Positions 9,259 through 17,852 of a stretch of 59,184 nt of DNA are shown one piece after another. Origin of the DNA: a virus (taxonomy: Duplodnaviria > Caudoviricetes); the IMG/VR virus record IMGVR_UViG_3300048762_000055, positions 1 through 59,184 of that record; one strand, written 5' to 3'. Every line of letters starts with the position of its first letter. Within the stretch, counting starts at the first letter, position 1. The notes beneath the pieces are model-generated. The model was not told the DNA's origin and did no database searches. It was given only the letters and a program-made list of their open reading frames with translations. The position numbers and the translations under genes are program-made.

Positions 9259-9485
9259 AGCGCCTTCATGCCTAGCCCAGGATAGCCGCCCATGTTGCCA
9301 GCGCGGCCACGAATAGGCCAAGTGCCACCATCCGCAATGTCTCGCCGGCGATGAACCGTGCGACACTTTGGCGGTAATGTTCTGGGCAAACATAGCGGCC
9401 ATCGAGTCGGCATCCGCAGGGCAATTGTTGCATAGGGTTCTCCTTGGTTGGAGGCCCACAATCGCCGCGAAACCTTAATAAATCG

Positions 9486-9845
9486 TTAGTCGGCGGCCAT
9501 TATGCGCGCCAAGGCGAGCTCGCGGTCTAGCCCGGCCATAATCGAAGGGGAGGCCATTCGTTCGAGGAAGGTTCGATGCGCTACAAGGGAATCGGCGTAT
9601 TGGCCCAAGATGCAGCAGACTGTCTCCCGGCCGAGTGGTGTTAGGGCGCTGTGGGTTGGCGCCGAGACGTTGTGATTGCCCTTGGAATTGGTCCAAAATA
9701 TCAGATCGTACCTCTTGAGAACGACCCGGCTTCCTTCCCGCGGACTGCTCCGGTCGATCTGGTTTGGCCCATTGGCGTGTTCGATTAAAAGGTCACGCTG
9801 CGAAACTTTCAAAATAGACGCTAATTGGGTTGGTCCGACTGCCAT
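9486..9845 (-). CDS. Hypothetical protein
   Basis: GAGG SD before MAVGP; operator at 9884-9896 upstream. Confidence 0.6.
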   Translation of the reverse strand: MAVGPTQLASILKVSQRDLLIEHANGPNQIDRSSPREGSRVVLKRYDLIFWTNSKGNHNVSAPTHSALTPLGRETVCCILGQYADSLVAHRTFLERMASPSIMAGLDRELALARIMAAD

Positions 9846-9883
9846 GGCTTTGTTCCTCTTTTTTGACGCCTTCGGTGCATAGT

Positions 9884-9896
9884 CGGGTTTTCCCGC
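9884..9896. promoter_or_regulatory. Operator CGGGTTTTCCCGC in a divergent intergenic region
   Basis: Repeat of the operator motif, flanked by TTGAC-like hexamers on both strands. Confidence 0.55.
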
Positions 9897-9948
9897 TTGG
9901 AAGTCAAACGGGGTCGTGGTAGGGAGTCTGATCGAAAGGGGAGCCACC

Positions 9949-10647
9949 ATGTCTGACCGTTATGTCATAATCGATACTGAGGGCACCGGCCTGTTTTCCT
10001 ACAAGGATGCAGCCGACGCGCCAGGCCAGCCTCGGGTAGCCAGCGTGGCTATGATTTTCCTCGATAGAGAGATGGGCGTCAAAGAGGAATTCTTCACGCT
10101 CATCAAACCGGAAGGCTGGACCTTCGACGACAACTCGGACGCTGCGAAGATCAACGGTCTTACGCAGGCAAAGCTTGACTCGGAAGGTGTGCCGATTAGC
10201 TCGGTGCTCGCGCGCTATACCGATGCGGTGAAGGCGGGTTATGTCATGGTAGCTCACAACGCACAGCACGATTTGAAACACATGCGGGCCGAGCTTCGCC
10301 GGGCTCAAATGGATGATATGTTTATGGTCACTCGCAACATTTGCACCATGCGCGCCATGACCGATGTCTGTCAGTTGATGCCGGCGAACGGTCGTGCCGG
10401 TTTCAAATTCCCAAAGCTGGCCGAGGCATTGGCATATATCGGCGTTCCGGTTGCGGACGAAGGGGCTCACACTGCAATGGGCGATGCGCGCGGTGCCTTG
10501 GAAATCACGCGCTGGCTGGCCAAGAATCAGATGTTGCCTATGGCCGGCGTGCATTTGGCGAAGAAGAAGCCCGATCTGGTGCCGACGCCTCGGCGGTCGA
10601 GTGGTAAGCCGAAGCCTGCGGCAGCCGGGGATGAAATCCCAGCATGA
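9949..10647 (+). CDS. DEDDh 3'-5' exonuclease (DnaQ/epsilon-like)
   Basis: IIDTEGTG, VAHNAQHD, CTM, AHTAMGDA motifs. Confidence 0.9.
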   Translation: MSDRYVIIDTEGTGLFSYKDAADAPGQPRVASVAMIFLDREMGVKEEFFTLIKPEGWTFDDNSDAAKINGLTQAKLDSEGVPISSVLARYTDAVKAGYVMVAHNAQHDLKHMRAELRRAQMDDMFMVTRNICTMRAMTDVCQLMPANGRAGFKFPKLAEALAYIGVPVADEGAHTAMGDARGALEITRWLAKNQMLPMAGVHLAKKKPDLVPTPRRSSGKPKPAAAGDEIPA

Positions 10648-10743
10648 CCACCTTCCACGCCATCATCGCGTTTCTCGACATGCCGCTGGCAATGTTCGCA
10701 ATCCTTGTCGAGATGGTGGCGCGGGCTCCGGAGTTGCCTTGGC

Positions 10744-10980
10744 ATGACTGACGATCCCAAGGTTTTGACCGAGAACGGCCACCGGATTCTCTCGCGCGGT
10801 GGTGCTGACGGCGTATCTGACGATGATCTGCTGGTACTGGAAATTCTCAAACGTGCGCCTGGAATGAACAATGCGGATTTAGAAACTTGCTTTGTCAATA
10901 TCCGGATGGAGTATGGTGAGGATTCGATGAAGGCGATAAAGTCGGGCCACGTGAAATTCGAGAAAAGGAAACCGCAATAA
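10744..10980 (+). CDS. Hypothetical protein
   Basis: MTDDPK start after GGAG; operon packing. Confidence 0.5.
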   Translation: MTDDPKVLTENGHRILSRGGADGVSDDDLLVLEILKRAPGMNNADLETCFVNIRMEYGEDSMKAIKSGHVKFEKRKPQ

Positions 10981-11216
10981 TGGGCCTCGCAGGAGACGAA
11001 AGAAACCTCGCCGCAAATGGGAGAGGATGTTTGGGCAAAGCGCCCGCCGATGAGCCGGTATTCATTCTCCGAGCACAGGACGCGCTCGCTGCCGACTGCG
11101 TTGAGCAATGGGCTATCCATGCTCGCGCTGCTGGCTGTCCGGTTGACAAGGTGAGGGAAGCCTTCGAATTGGTCGATGAAATGCGGCGATGGCCAAAGCG
11201 CAAGATGCCTGATTAA
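10980..11216 (+). CDS. Conserved-type small phage protein (DEPVFILRAQD)
   Basis: KA..DEPVFILRAQD..A...V..WA pattern. Confidence 0.65.
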   Translation: MGLAGDERNLAANGRGCLGKAPADEPVFILRAQDALAADCVEQWAIHARAAGCPVDKVREAFELVDEMRRWPKRKMPD

Positions 11217-11382
11217 ATCGAAACAGTTACGGCAAGGCCAATCCACGTCGGGTATCATGGGATTCGATGGACGCAAACCAAAGGCAGCATGTAACGAGGG
11301 TCCTTGCCCGCTCGAAAGGGCGCCATCTACAACCCCTCCAATGTTGTCGTGCCCATGAACTGTTGGAAGGATTGATTACGTT

Positions 11383-11865
11383 ATGAGCCGATCGACTAGA
11401 TCCGCACGTCGCCATCCGCCGAAAGAGCATCCGATCCAGACCAAGAAAGGTCGCAAGTGGGCGATTGCTGACGTTGAGGCTGCAAAGCGTGTGCTCGGCG
11501 GACTGGGTGCTTTGATGGCCACATGGGCTGAATGCGCTACTGCGCTGGGTATTTCGGAGGCTACGCTGTCTCGCATATTCAAACGATGGCCCGATGCAAA
11601 AGAGGCTTACGAGGACGGCAAGAACGGCGGCAAGATCAGTCTGCGCCGGACGCAATTCAAACTGGCCGACCGCAACGCCACGATGGCGATATTCCTCGGC
11701 ATGAATTATCTCGAACAAAAGGACATGCGGAATTTCAATCATTCCGGCGACGTGAAGCATTCGCACGAGCATACGGTTATCGGCATGATGCTGAAGGAGA
11801 TCGATGAGGAAGCGCGTGAGATGCCGATGATTGAGCATCAGCCGAACAGGGAGGATGCGGCGTGA
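11383..11865 (+). CDS. terS: Terminase small subunit-like HTH protein
   Basis: HTH (ECATALGISEATLSR) then GKISLRRTQFKLA..NATMAIFLGMNYLEQKD. Confidence 0.7.
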   Translation: MSRSTRSARRHPPKEHPIQTKKGRKWAIADVEAAKRVLGGLGALMATWAECATALGISEATLSRIFKRWPDAKEAYEDGKNGGKISLRRTQFKLADRNATMAIFLGMNYLEQKDMRNFNHSGDVKHSHEHTVIGMMLKEIDEEAREMPMIEHQPNREDAA

Positions 11866-12044
11866 GTGAAGCCACAATCCACGCGATCGATCTTCCTCTG
11901 AGCGACGCAAATATTGCGCGTGACTATTCGATCCGCATGCGCGCGGTACAGCCTTTCAAAATTCACGCCGAAGGGTGGGCGCTCATCATTGCCGCCGTGG
12001 CAATAATTACTCTTGCTGTCTACCTTTGTGTTTACGGCCTCTGA
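11862..12044 (+). CDS. Small membrane protein
   Basis: GGAGG SD, GTGA overlap, C-terminal hydrophobic helix; its 3' end is the repeated block A. Confidence 0.55.
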   Translation: MSEATIHAIDLPLSDANIARDYSIRMRAVQPFKIHAEGWALIIAAVAIITLAVYLCVYGL

Positions 12045-12055
12045 GACCTGATCGC

Positions 12056-12178
12056 ATGAAAACACCAAAGGCATTCGACGCGATGACGAAACTCGTCCTC
12101 GCCTATCGACCAAAACCAAAAACCAAAAAAGCGCGAGCGCGAAAGAGGAAACGTGACCGTTCAAATCCTCAAAGGTGA
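12056..12178 (+). CDS. Basic 40-aa mini-protein, copy 1 (MKTPKAFDAMTKLVLAYRPKPK...)
   Basis: Paralogue at 13807-13929. Confidence 0.55.
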   Translation: MKTPKAFDAMTKLVLAYRPKPKTKKARARKRKRDRSNPQR

Positions 12179-13361
12179 TTGCCGGGACGTGCTGCGAACG
12201 TTGCCAGACGAGTCGGTGCATTGCGTCGTTACGTCGCCGCCGTACTTTGGATTGAGAGACTACGGCACAGCAACATGGGAAGGTGGTGATCCAGATTGCG
12301 ACCACTTGAGGCCAGCCGCACACGGCTACAATCCATTTGAAACCTCTACCCTCGGTCCTAAAGCCGATGGAATTTCTGCCAACAATTCCGCTCATGCTGA
12401 TGCCGTCAAGCGCCAGCAATACAAGGGCGCTTGCGCTAAGTGCGGCGCTCACAGGGTTGATTGCCAGATTGGCCTTGAAGAAAGCCCCGACGCTTTTGTG
12501 AGTGAAATGGTGGCCGTTTTTAGGGAAGTGCGGCGTGTTCTGCGCGATGACGGAACGCTGTGGCTCAATCTCGGAGATACCTATGCGAGCGCATGGCCGT
12601 GCAGCCGCCGAAATGTGATCGGAACAGGTTCGCTGGCGAACGGCAAGCGCGAGGCTCGACTTCCGCGAATGGGTGGCGATTTGAAAGAGAAAGACCTGAT
12701 CGGCATTCCGTGGATGGTTGCCTTCGCGCTCCGCGCCGATGGATGGTATCTGCGCCAAGACATTGTATGGCAAAAACCGAACCCGATGCCGGAATCTGTT
12801 ACCGACCGCTGCACGAAGGCCCACGAATATCTGTTCTTGATGACCAAAAGTTATCGGTACTATTACGACGCTGAATCCATCAAAGAGGAAAGCGTTACCG
12901 ACGATCCTCGCAGGCCATACGGATCGCAGGGTGCGTGGGACATGGACGGCAGGCCGCCGGATCAACGGCACGGGGGTAAGAAGCGCGCCCCTGCCAACGT
13001 CAAGCGCGGCGGCTTTAATGGCAAGACCAACGAAATGCCGGGCCGCGAAGCCTTCCGCGCCTTTACGGAGACTCGCAACAAGCGATCCGTCTGGACCGTT
13101 GCGACCGCGCCATATGCCGATGCTCACTTCGCCACATTTCCACCCGCGCTGATCGAACCCTGCATCTTGGCCGGATGCCCGAAGGGTGGCACCGTTCTTG
13201 ACCCGTTTGGCGGAGCTGGAACAACAGGGCTGGTATCTGACCGCCTTGGCAGGTCTGCCATCCTGATGGAACTGAATCCCGACTATGCCGACATGGCCGA
13301 GCGCCGCATCAGCGGCGATGGTGGCATGTTCTCTAGTGTCGAGGTCAGTCATGGAACCTAG
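12153..13361 (+). CDS. DNA methyltransferase, N4-C/N6-A, beta class
   Basis: VVTSPPY, IVWQKPNPMPES, HEYLF, HFATFP, VLDPFGGAGTTG. Confidence 0.95.
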   Translation: MTVQILKGDCRDVLRTLPDESVHCVVTSPPYFGLRDYGTATWEGGDPDCDHLRPAAHGYNPFETSTLGPKADGISANNSAHADAVKRQQYKGACAKCGAHRVDCQIGLEESPDAFVSEMVAVFREVRRVLRDDGTLWLNLGDTYASAWPCSRRNVIGTGSLANGKREARLPRMGGDLKEKDLIGIPWMVAFALRADGWYLRQDIVWQKPNPMPESVTDRCTKAHEYLFLMTKSYRYYYDAESIKEESVTDDPRRPYGSQGAWDMDGRPPDQRHGGKKRAPANVKRGGFNGKTNEMPGREAFRAFTETRNKRSVWTVATAPYADAHFATFPPALIEPCILAGCPKGGTVLDPFGGAGTTGLVSDRLGRSAILMELNPDYADMAERRISGDGGMFSSVEVSHGT

Positions 13362-13462
13362 CCGTAGTGGTCAGGGACTTAACCGTATAATTCCCAATAA
13401 TTACTCTTGCTGTCTACCTTTTTGTTCACGGCCTCTGAGACCTGATCGCATAGGAGACGCGC

Positions 13463-13810
13463 GTGACCGAACGTGATCGCTTCAAAACATTGAATGGCAA
13501 ATATAGCTCGCTCTGCCATTCGTGCGGTCGCATCGTCTATAATCTGTGGGTCACTGACGAAGCGCCGCCACTTGGATGCAGCGAAGGGCACGATGCAGAG
13601 ATATGGAAATGCGGAACGGTCTACACCGCGCTGGTCGCCGTGGTGATTGGTATCGACCATTTTAACCGCGCTCCCGATGAGCGGCAGAAAGCATTGCTCA
13701 AATTGCTTGGAGAGAAACGAGTTGCCAAAATGATGGCTCACATTCGATCCGGTAAAGAGCCGCCGCATCACAAGCCGAAAGAACCCTCCTACGAGGCGCG
13801 GTTCGCATGA
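13463..13810 (+). CDS. Hypothetical protein (Cys/His motifs)
   Basis: AGGAG SD before GTG; flanked by a TCGCAT duplication. Confidence 0.6.
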   Translation: MTERDRFKTLNGKYSSLCHSCGRIVYNLWVTDEAPPLGCSEGHDAEIWKCGTVYTALVAVVIGIDHFNRAPDERQKALLKLLGEKRVAKMMAHIRSGKEPPHHKPKEPSYEARFA

Positions 13811-13929
13811 AAACGCCGAAGGCTCTAGACGCGATGGTGAAAGTTGTTTTGGCCTATCGGCCAAAGCCAAAATCGAAACCCGCACGGCGGCGCAAGCGGC
13901 GCGCTGCAAAGATTGAGCGCGAACGATGA
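13807..13929 (+). CDS. Basic 40-aa mini-protein, copy 2 (MKTPKALDAMVKVVLAYRPKPKSK...)
   Basis: Translated by hand; ATGA overlaps at both ends. Confidence 0.55.
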   Translation: MKTPKALDAMVKVVLAYRPKPKSKPARRRKRRAAKIERER

Positions 13930-14624
13930 ATATCCAACTAGCCAGCGTAGGAAAACAAAATCGCTCAAGCGAAGAACTTGAGATGCGCGAACTAATCATT
14001 CCGAACCTCCGCGCAAAATATCCCGGCGCGCGGATTGTTCATGAACTGCCCTTGCGCTATTCGAGCAATCGAATTGATCTTGCTGCCATTCTCCCGAATG
14101 AAATTATTTCGGTTGAGATTAAATCGAGCCGCGACGTTGCCGACAGACTTGAGGCGCAACTGAGGGCTTTTCTGCCGATTTCCTCGCGTATCATTGTTGC
14201 ATTGGCCCCTAAATGGAATGAAAAGCTTCCAACCTTGGAAAAGCCGTTTCGTGGCGGGGTTCACTATTCGCAGCAATTTACCGAGGTCCAACAGACCATC
14301 CGCGACGTTGGACACCACTGCATTGAGACGTGGACTGTCAACGCCGACGCCAAGACCATCGAAGTGACCGATGGAGCCTATGGCTGGAACAATCGGCCCT
14401 GGCTTGCCCGGATGCTCCACATGCTGCACGTCTCCGAACTTGAGAGAATTGCCACTCGGCACCGCGTTTCGTTTGGCAAGCGCACAACCCATAAATACCT
14501 CTACGAGGAATGTTCTGATCTGATGACGGGTCGCGAAATTGTTGCGGCGGTTTGTGATGCGCTTCGCGCCAGAGATGCTTTTGCGAGTGGTTCCGATGCC
14601 CCGATCATCGCGGGAAAACCCTAA
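13926..14624 (+). CDS. PD-(D/E)XK nuclease-like protein (sce7726-like)
   Basis: HEL...RIDLA...VEIKSSRD..RL..Q motif. Confidence 0.65.
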   Translation: MNIQLASVGKQNRSSEELEMRELIIPNLRAKYPGARIVHELPLRYSSNRIDLAAILPNEIISVEIKSSRDVADRLEAQLRAFLPISSRIIVALAPKWNEKLPTLEKPFRGGVHYSQQFTEVQQTIRDVGHHCIETWTVNADAKTIEVTDGAYGWNNRPWLARMLHMLHVSELERIATRHRVSFGKRTTHKYLYEECSDLMTGREIVAAVCDALRARDAFASGSDAPIIAGKP

Positions 14625-14703
14625 AATGACCACGGGAGTCAAGCGTATAATTCCCTTGGAATTGGTGGGGAAAATATACATTTAGGATATTTTTCAAATG
14701 TAG

Positions 14704-15300
14704 GTGATGCTTCAGCCGCTTATGAAGCAGCGGCAAAGTCCGCATATGGCGAATATGCGCGTGCGTAGGCTGTTTTATCAACCGCATGGACTCTTGGCTA
14801 TCTCATGGCGGGTGTGTTTGCTAGTATTCTGCCTCGGCTTCGCCTTGCGAATGTCCTTGGCTGAGATCGCCTATCGGAATGGTATGGTTTCCCCACCGAC
14901 GATGATGAGGGAGATTGCGGCGGCCGAAAAGCGTGGGGATCATTCAGCCGCACTGGCCCTCTATTTCGCCATGGTGCAGCAATCGCTTGATGATCTGAAG
15001 GCAGCGGGCGAGTGGTATCCCTACGATTATTGGTTTCGCACCGCGCAGGCAAACCAGCTTTATGTGCTATCGGCGGATATTCCTGACCTCACGGTGTCGG
15101 CCGAGACAGCTATCGGCTATGCGCTCGCAGTTGATTCCACGCATCCTGAATTGGTGGCTGGATTGTTGGTGCTGCAGCGGCGTCTAGGAAAATGCGATGA
15201 GGCGCGCGCTACACTGGCGCGGTTGGTGCGACTTGCACCCCATTCGCCAAAGGTGCAACAGTTGGCGGCACAGGATTCCCCATGCGGGAGGCGCCCATGA
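14704..15300 (+). CDS. Membrane-anchored helical/TPR-like protein
   Basis: Hydrophobic segment followed by TPR-like helices (LGKCDEARATLARLVRLAP); start uncertain. Confidence 0.55.
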   Translation: MMLQPLMKQRQSPHMANMRVRRLFYQPHGLLAISWRVCLLVFCLGFALRMSLAEIAYRNGMVSPPTMMREIAAAEKRGDHSAALALYFAMVQQSLDDLKAAGEWYPYDYWFRTAQANQLYVLSADIPDLTVSAETAIGYALAVDSTHPELVAGLLVLQRRLGKCDEARATLARLVRLAPHSPKVQQLAAQDSPCGRRP

Positions 15301-15458
15301 TGCCGTCGCAGTTAAAAGCTGCGGCTCGTTGGAAGCCGAGCAGGCAAAAAAACCCCACTTCACGAAGTAGCAGCGCCATCTCGGTTGCCGAGGTGGCGCT
15401 TTTCTGTGTAGAGTGCGCCACTCGGTCTAGATTCCGGCATCATTTTTGGAGACGCGCC

Positions 15459-15698
15459 ATTCCCTTCCAGCCGAAAAAGTTTGGAATTCCTCAGATTGGC
15501 GGCCCTGCTTTAGCGAACGTCTCGGGCGCCATGAAGGTTGGCAAGATGCCGAAATTCAAGAAGCCGAAAATGCCCAAGCCGCCCGGCGCGCCCGGTGCGC
15601 AGCCGTTTGGTTCTCTCGCGCCTGGCAGTCCTATTCCGGATCCCAGTCAGATGCCGACCGCGCCACCGCTGCCCGACGATGGAGAAATGATGCCATGA
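15459..15698 (+). CDS. Small Lys/Pro-rich protein with PFGSLAP motif
   Basis: 3' part of ORF 15282..15698; GGAG SD precedes an in-frame ATT at 15459, alternative ATG at 15531. Confidence 0.5.
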   Translation: MPFQPKKFGIPQIGGPALANVSGAMKVGKMPKFKKPKMPKPPGAPGAQPFGSLAPGSPIPDPSQMPTAPPLPDDGEMMP

Positions 15699-15901
15699 GC
15701 GATCTGGAATCATCACCGCCGGCGGAAGCCGAACCACCGACCAAGCGCGAACGGTTTGAGCGCATCGACAAGCTTTTGTCGCATTACATGGACGAATTCC
15801 ACAAGATCGCAGCCAATCCGCATACTCCGTCAGAAGAGATTGCCCATCTGCTGGCGGCTATTCATGGTTTGCGTGTTGAGAAGCAAATACACCGGCCGTA
15901 A
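15695..15901 (+). CDS. Hypothetical protein
   Basis: ATGA overlap, GGAG SD. Confidence 0.55.
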   Translation: MSDLESSPPAEAEPPTKRERFERIDKLLSHYMDEFHKIAANPHTPSEEIAHLLAAIHGLRVEKQIHRP

Positions 15902-15943
15902 TCGGCCACAAATGGCGCCCTATGCGCTTTACGGAGGTTTCCT

Positions 15944-16309
15944 GTGTCTGACACCGTGCAAGGTAATATGAACGCTCCTGCGAGGTTCCCTGTGGCTGCC
16001 GACCCGGTTCCGAAGCATATCGACGTTGCCTCAATGCCGGTCGAAGAGCCTCCTGCGGTCGATCCGGTTGAGCCAGCCGCAATTGTCGAAGAGCCGGTCG
16101 AGCTCACCCCTCTCACCCCTACCGGTGCCATGCACGCGGCGCTCGAGGCCCCCGGCCATCAGGTGGGCGACGTGATCGAGGGCAAAGTGCAGCGCGGCGA
16201 CTCTGGACTTTTCCAATGCGGCGTCGACAAGTTTGGCCGGGTCTGGCGATTTGACGAGGGCGACTATGATGGTGTGCGCTTGATCCTCGCTGGTCGTTTG
16301 CAGACCTGA
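15944..16309 (+). CDS. Hypothetical protein, paralogue of 16556-16768
   Basis: GGAGG SD; GLF..DK.GR.W motif. Confidence 0.65.
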   Translation: MSDTVQGNMNAPARFPVAADPVPKHIDVASMPVEEPPAVDPVEPAAIVEEPVELTPLTPTGAMHAALEAPGHQVGDVIEGKVQRGDSGLFQCGVDKFGRVWRFDEGDYDGVRLILAGRLQT

Positions 16310-16320
16310 CGGAGGCGGCG

Positions 16321-16563
16321 ATGGTTACGCTTACAGCAGCCAAGCGGCGAGCAATGCCCAAGAGCGAATTCGCGGGCGCTGGGCATTCCTTTCCAATCCC
16401 TGATGCGAATCACGCCAGATTGGCTATTTCTGGCGCCACTCGCTCAATGCACGCCGGCAACATCTCGGCTGCCACAGCGGCGAAGATCAAAGCCAAGGCG
16501 CGCAAGAAGCTCGGCAAGCCATTCGGCTCGCTGGCGCCATCGGATGGAGACGGCGATGAGTGA
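16321..16563 (+). CDS. Small basic phage protein (DUF6582-like) with PFGSLAP tail
   Basis: LTAAKRRAMPKSEFA...FPIPDANHARLAI pattern; GGAGG SD. Confidence 0.7.
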   Translation: MVTLTAAKRRAMPKSEFAGAGHSFPIPDANHARLAISGATRSMHAGNISAATAAKIKAKARKKLGKPFGSLAPSDGDGDE

Positions 16564-16768
16564 CGTCGATGCTGAAAAGCTGGCTGCTGTCATGGTTCGG
16601 TTGGATAACCCCAATCCATCGGACGCTACCGCTATCCCGGTCGATTTTGACCCCTGCGGCACCGGGCTTTTCAACGTATCGGCGGATAAGATCGGCCGGC
16701 TATGGGCTTACGATCACGAATCGCGCGAGCTCCGGTTAGTTTCCGATCCGCGCGATGCGCCGACTTGA
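16556..16768 (+). CDS. Hypothetical protein, paralogue of 15944-16309
   Basis: GGAG SD; GLFNVSADKIGRLWAYD. Confidence 0.6.
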   Translation: MSDVDAEKLAAVMVRLDNPNPSDATAIPVDFDPCGTGLFNVSADKIGRLWAYDHESRELRLVSDPRDAPT

Positions 16769-16922
16769 GGTAGACGATGATCGAATATCATCCTGAGAAT
16801 GGTCGCGCGCCGTGGGTCATTCGCACGCGCCAAAAGCGAATCTGGCTGGCCTATCCGACTTTGATGGCCGCGCTGAAGCGGTATCCGCGCGTGTGGTTCC
16901 GCGCTTGGCGAGCGGGGCTTTA

Positions 16923-17432
16923 ATGCCAATTGAAAAAAATAACAGTTTGGCTGCTGCTCGGCTACGTGAGTTGCTGACCTATCATCCAGATTGTGGGCTT
17001 TTCACTTGGAATTTAGCAAGGGGATCGCGATGCAAGGGGTGTCTTGCTGGCAATATGAATTCTAGCGGCGCAATCCAGATTCAAATCGACAGACAGGTCT
17101 ATGTCGCGCATCGTCTCGCATGGCTTTATGTATATGGCGTTTTCCCAGATGACGAGATCGATCACGAGAATGGTGTGCCAGCCGATAATCGATGGACAAA
17201 TTTGCGGCCTGCGACCCACATGCAGAATTGTTGGAATCGAAAGAAATCCATAGCTAACACAAGTGGATTTACTGGTGCTTGCTGGATTTCAGCGAAAGAA
17301 AAATGGGTTGCTGCGATAAGGGCTGGCGGAAATAAAATACTAATTGGATATTTTGATACACCAGAAGAAGCTGGTTCGGCTTATGCTGCAAAAGCAAAAG
17401 AACTTTTTGGAGAATTTTGGAGGGCTGCCTGA
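16923..17432 (+). CDS. Free-standing HNH-AP2 homing endonuclease
   Basis: RLRELLTY.P..G.FTW, AHRLAW, IDHENG..DNRWTNLR, C-terminal AP2-like GYFDTPEEA. Confidence 0.9.
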   Translation: MPIEKNNSLAAARLRELLTYHPDCGLFTWNLARGSRCKGCLAGNMNSSGAIQIQIDRQVYVAHRLAWLYVYGVFPDDEIDHENGVPADNRWTNLRPATHMQNCWNRKKSIANTSGFTGACWISAKEKWVAAIRAGGNKILIGYFDTPEEAGSAYAAKAKELFGEFWRAA

Positions 17433-17785
17433 TGGCGTTCACTGTGCGAATCTTTACTTATAGGGGCAATACCCAAATGAGGGATGTCCTTCCAAAACAA
17501 TTCTCAGCCGATTCTATTCGCATGCTTGAAGAACCTTACGAGGCCTCGCAAGCTTTAGTTAGCAACGGTGCCACGCCAGTGACGAGTGCTCCGGATACGA
17601 CGCATCCGTATGTGACCATGCTACGTGTCGAGGTGCCGGACGGCCAAGCGATCCGCTACGAGGTGCAGCCTCCTGGCAGTACCCGTGTGGTCGGTGTCAA
17701 CTCGCCGCGAATGTCCGGCATTGATTTCTTTCCGTTCTTTCCAGGTTTTGTATTTTCGTTCATCGATCAAGCGAGTGCCCCCTAA
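17432..17785 (+). CDS. Hypothetical (possibly virion) beta-rich protein
   Basis: TGATG overlap, GGAGG SD. Confidence 0.65.
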   Translation: MAFTVRIFTYRGNTQMRDVLPKQFSADSIRMLEEPYEASQALVSNGATPVTSAPDTTHPYVTMLRVEVPDGQAIRYEVQPPGSTRVVGVNSPRMSGIDFFPFFPGFVFSFIDQASAP

Positions 17786-17852
17786 TGGGCCGTCCTGCTC
17801 TCGATCTTTCTATTCGGTTCGTGGATAAATATATTCCAGAACCAAATAGCGG

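Larger units (their letters stand above)
12002..14655 (+). mobile_element. Two tandem cassettes bounded by IS1595/ISNwi-like right ends, no transposase
   Basis: 56-bp repeat (12002-12057, 13396-13451; 2 mismatches), paralogous 40-aa mini-ORFs, 22-bp ends (13374-13395, 14634-14655) whose reverse complement starts GGGAATTAT. Confidence 0.6.

Noticed and set aside
9475-9489. CtrA-box-like TTAA-N7-TTAG upstream of a small leftward ORF
   Set aside because: Single imperfect match overlapping a stop codon; could be chance
11838-13352. 504-aa antisense ORF over the methyltransferase
   Set aside because: No recognisable motifs; typical GC-rich shadow ORF, unlike the intein-nested ORFs, which have domain motifs and SD sites
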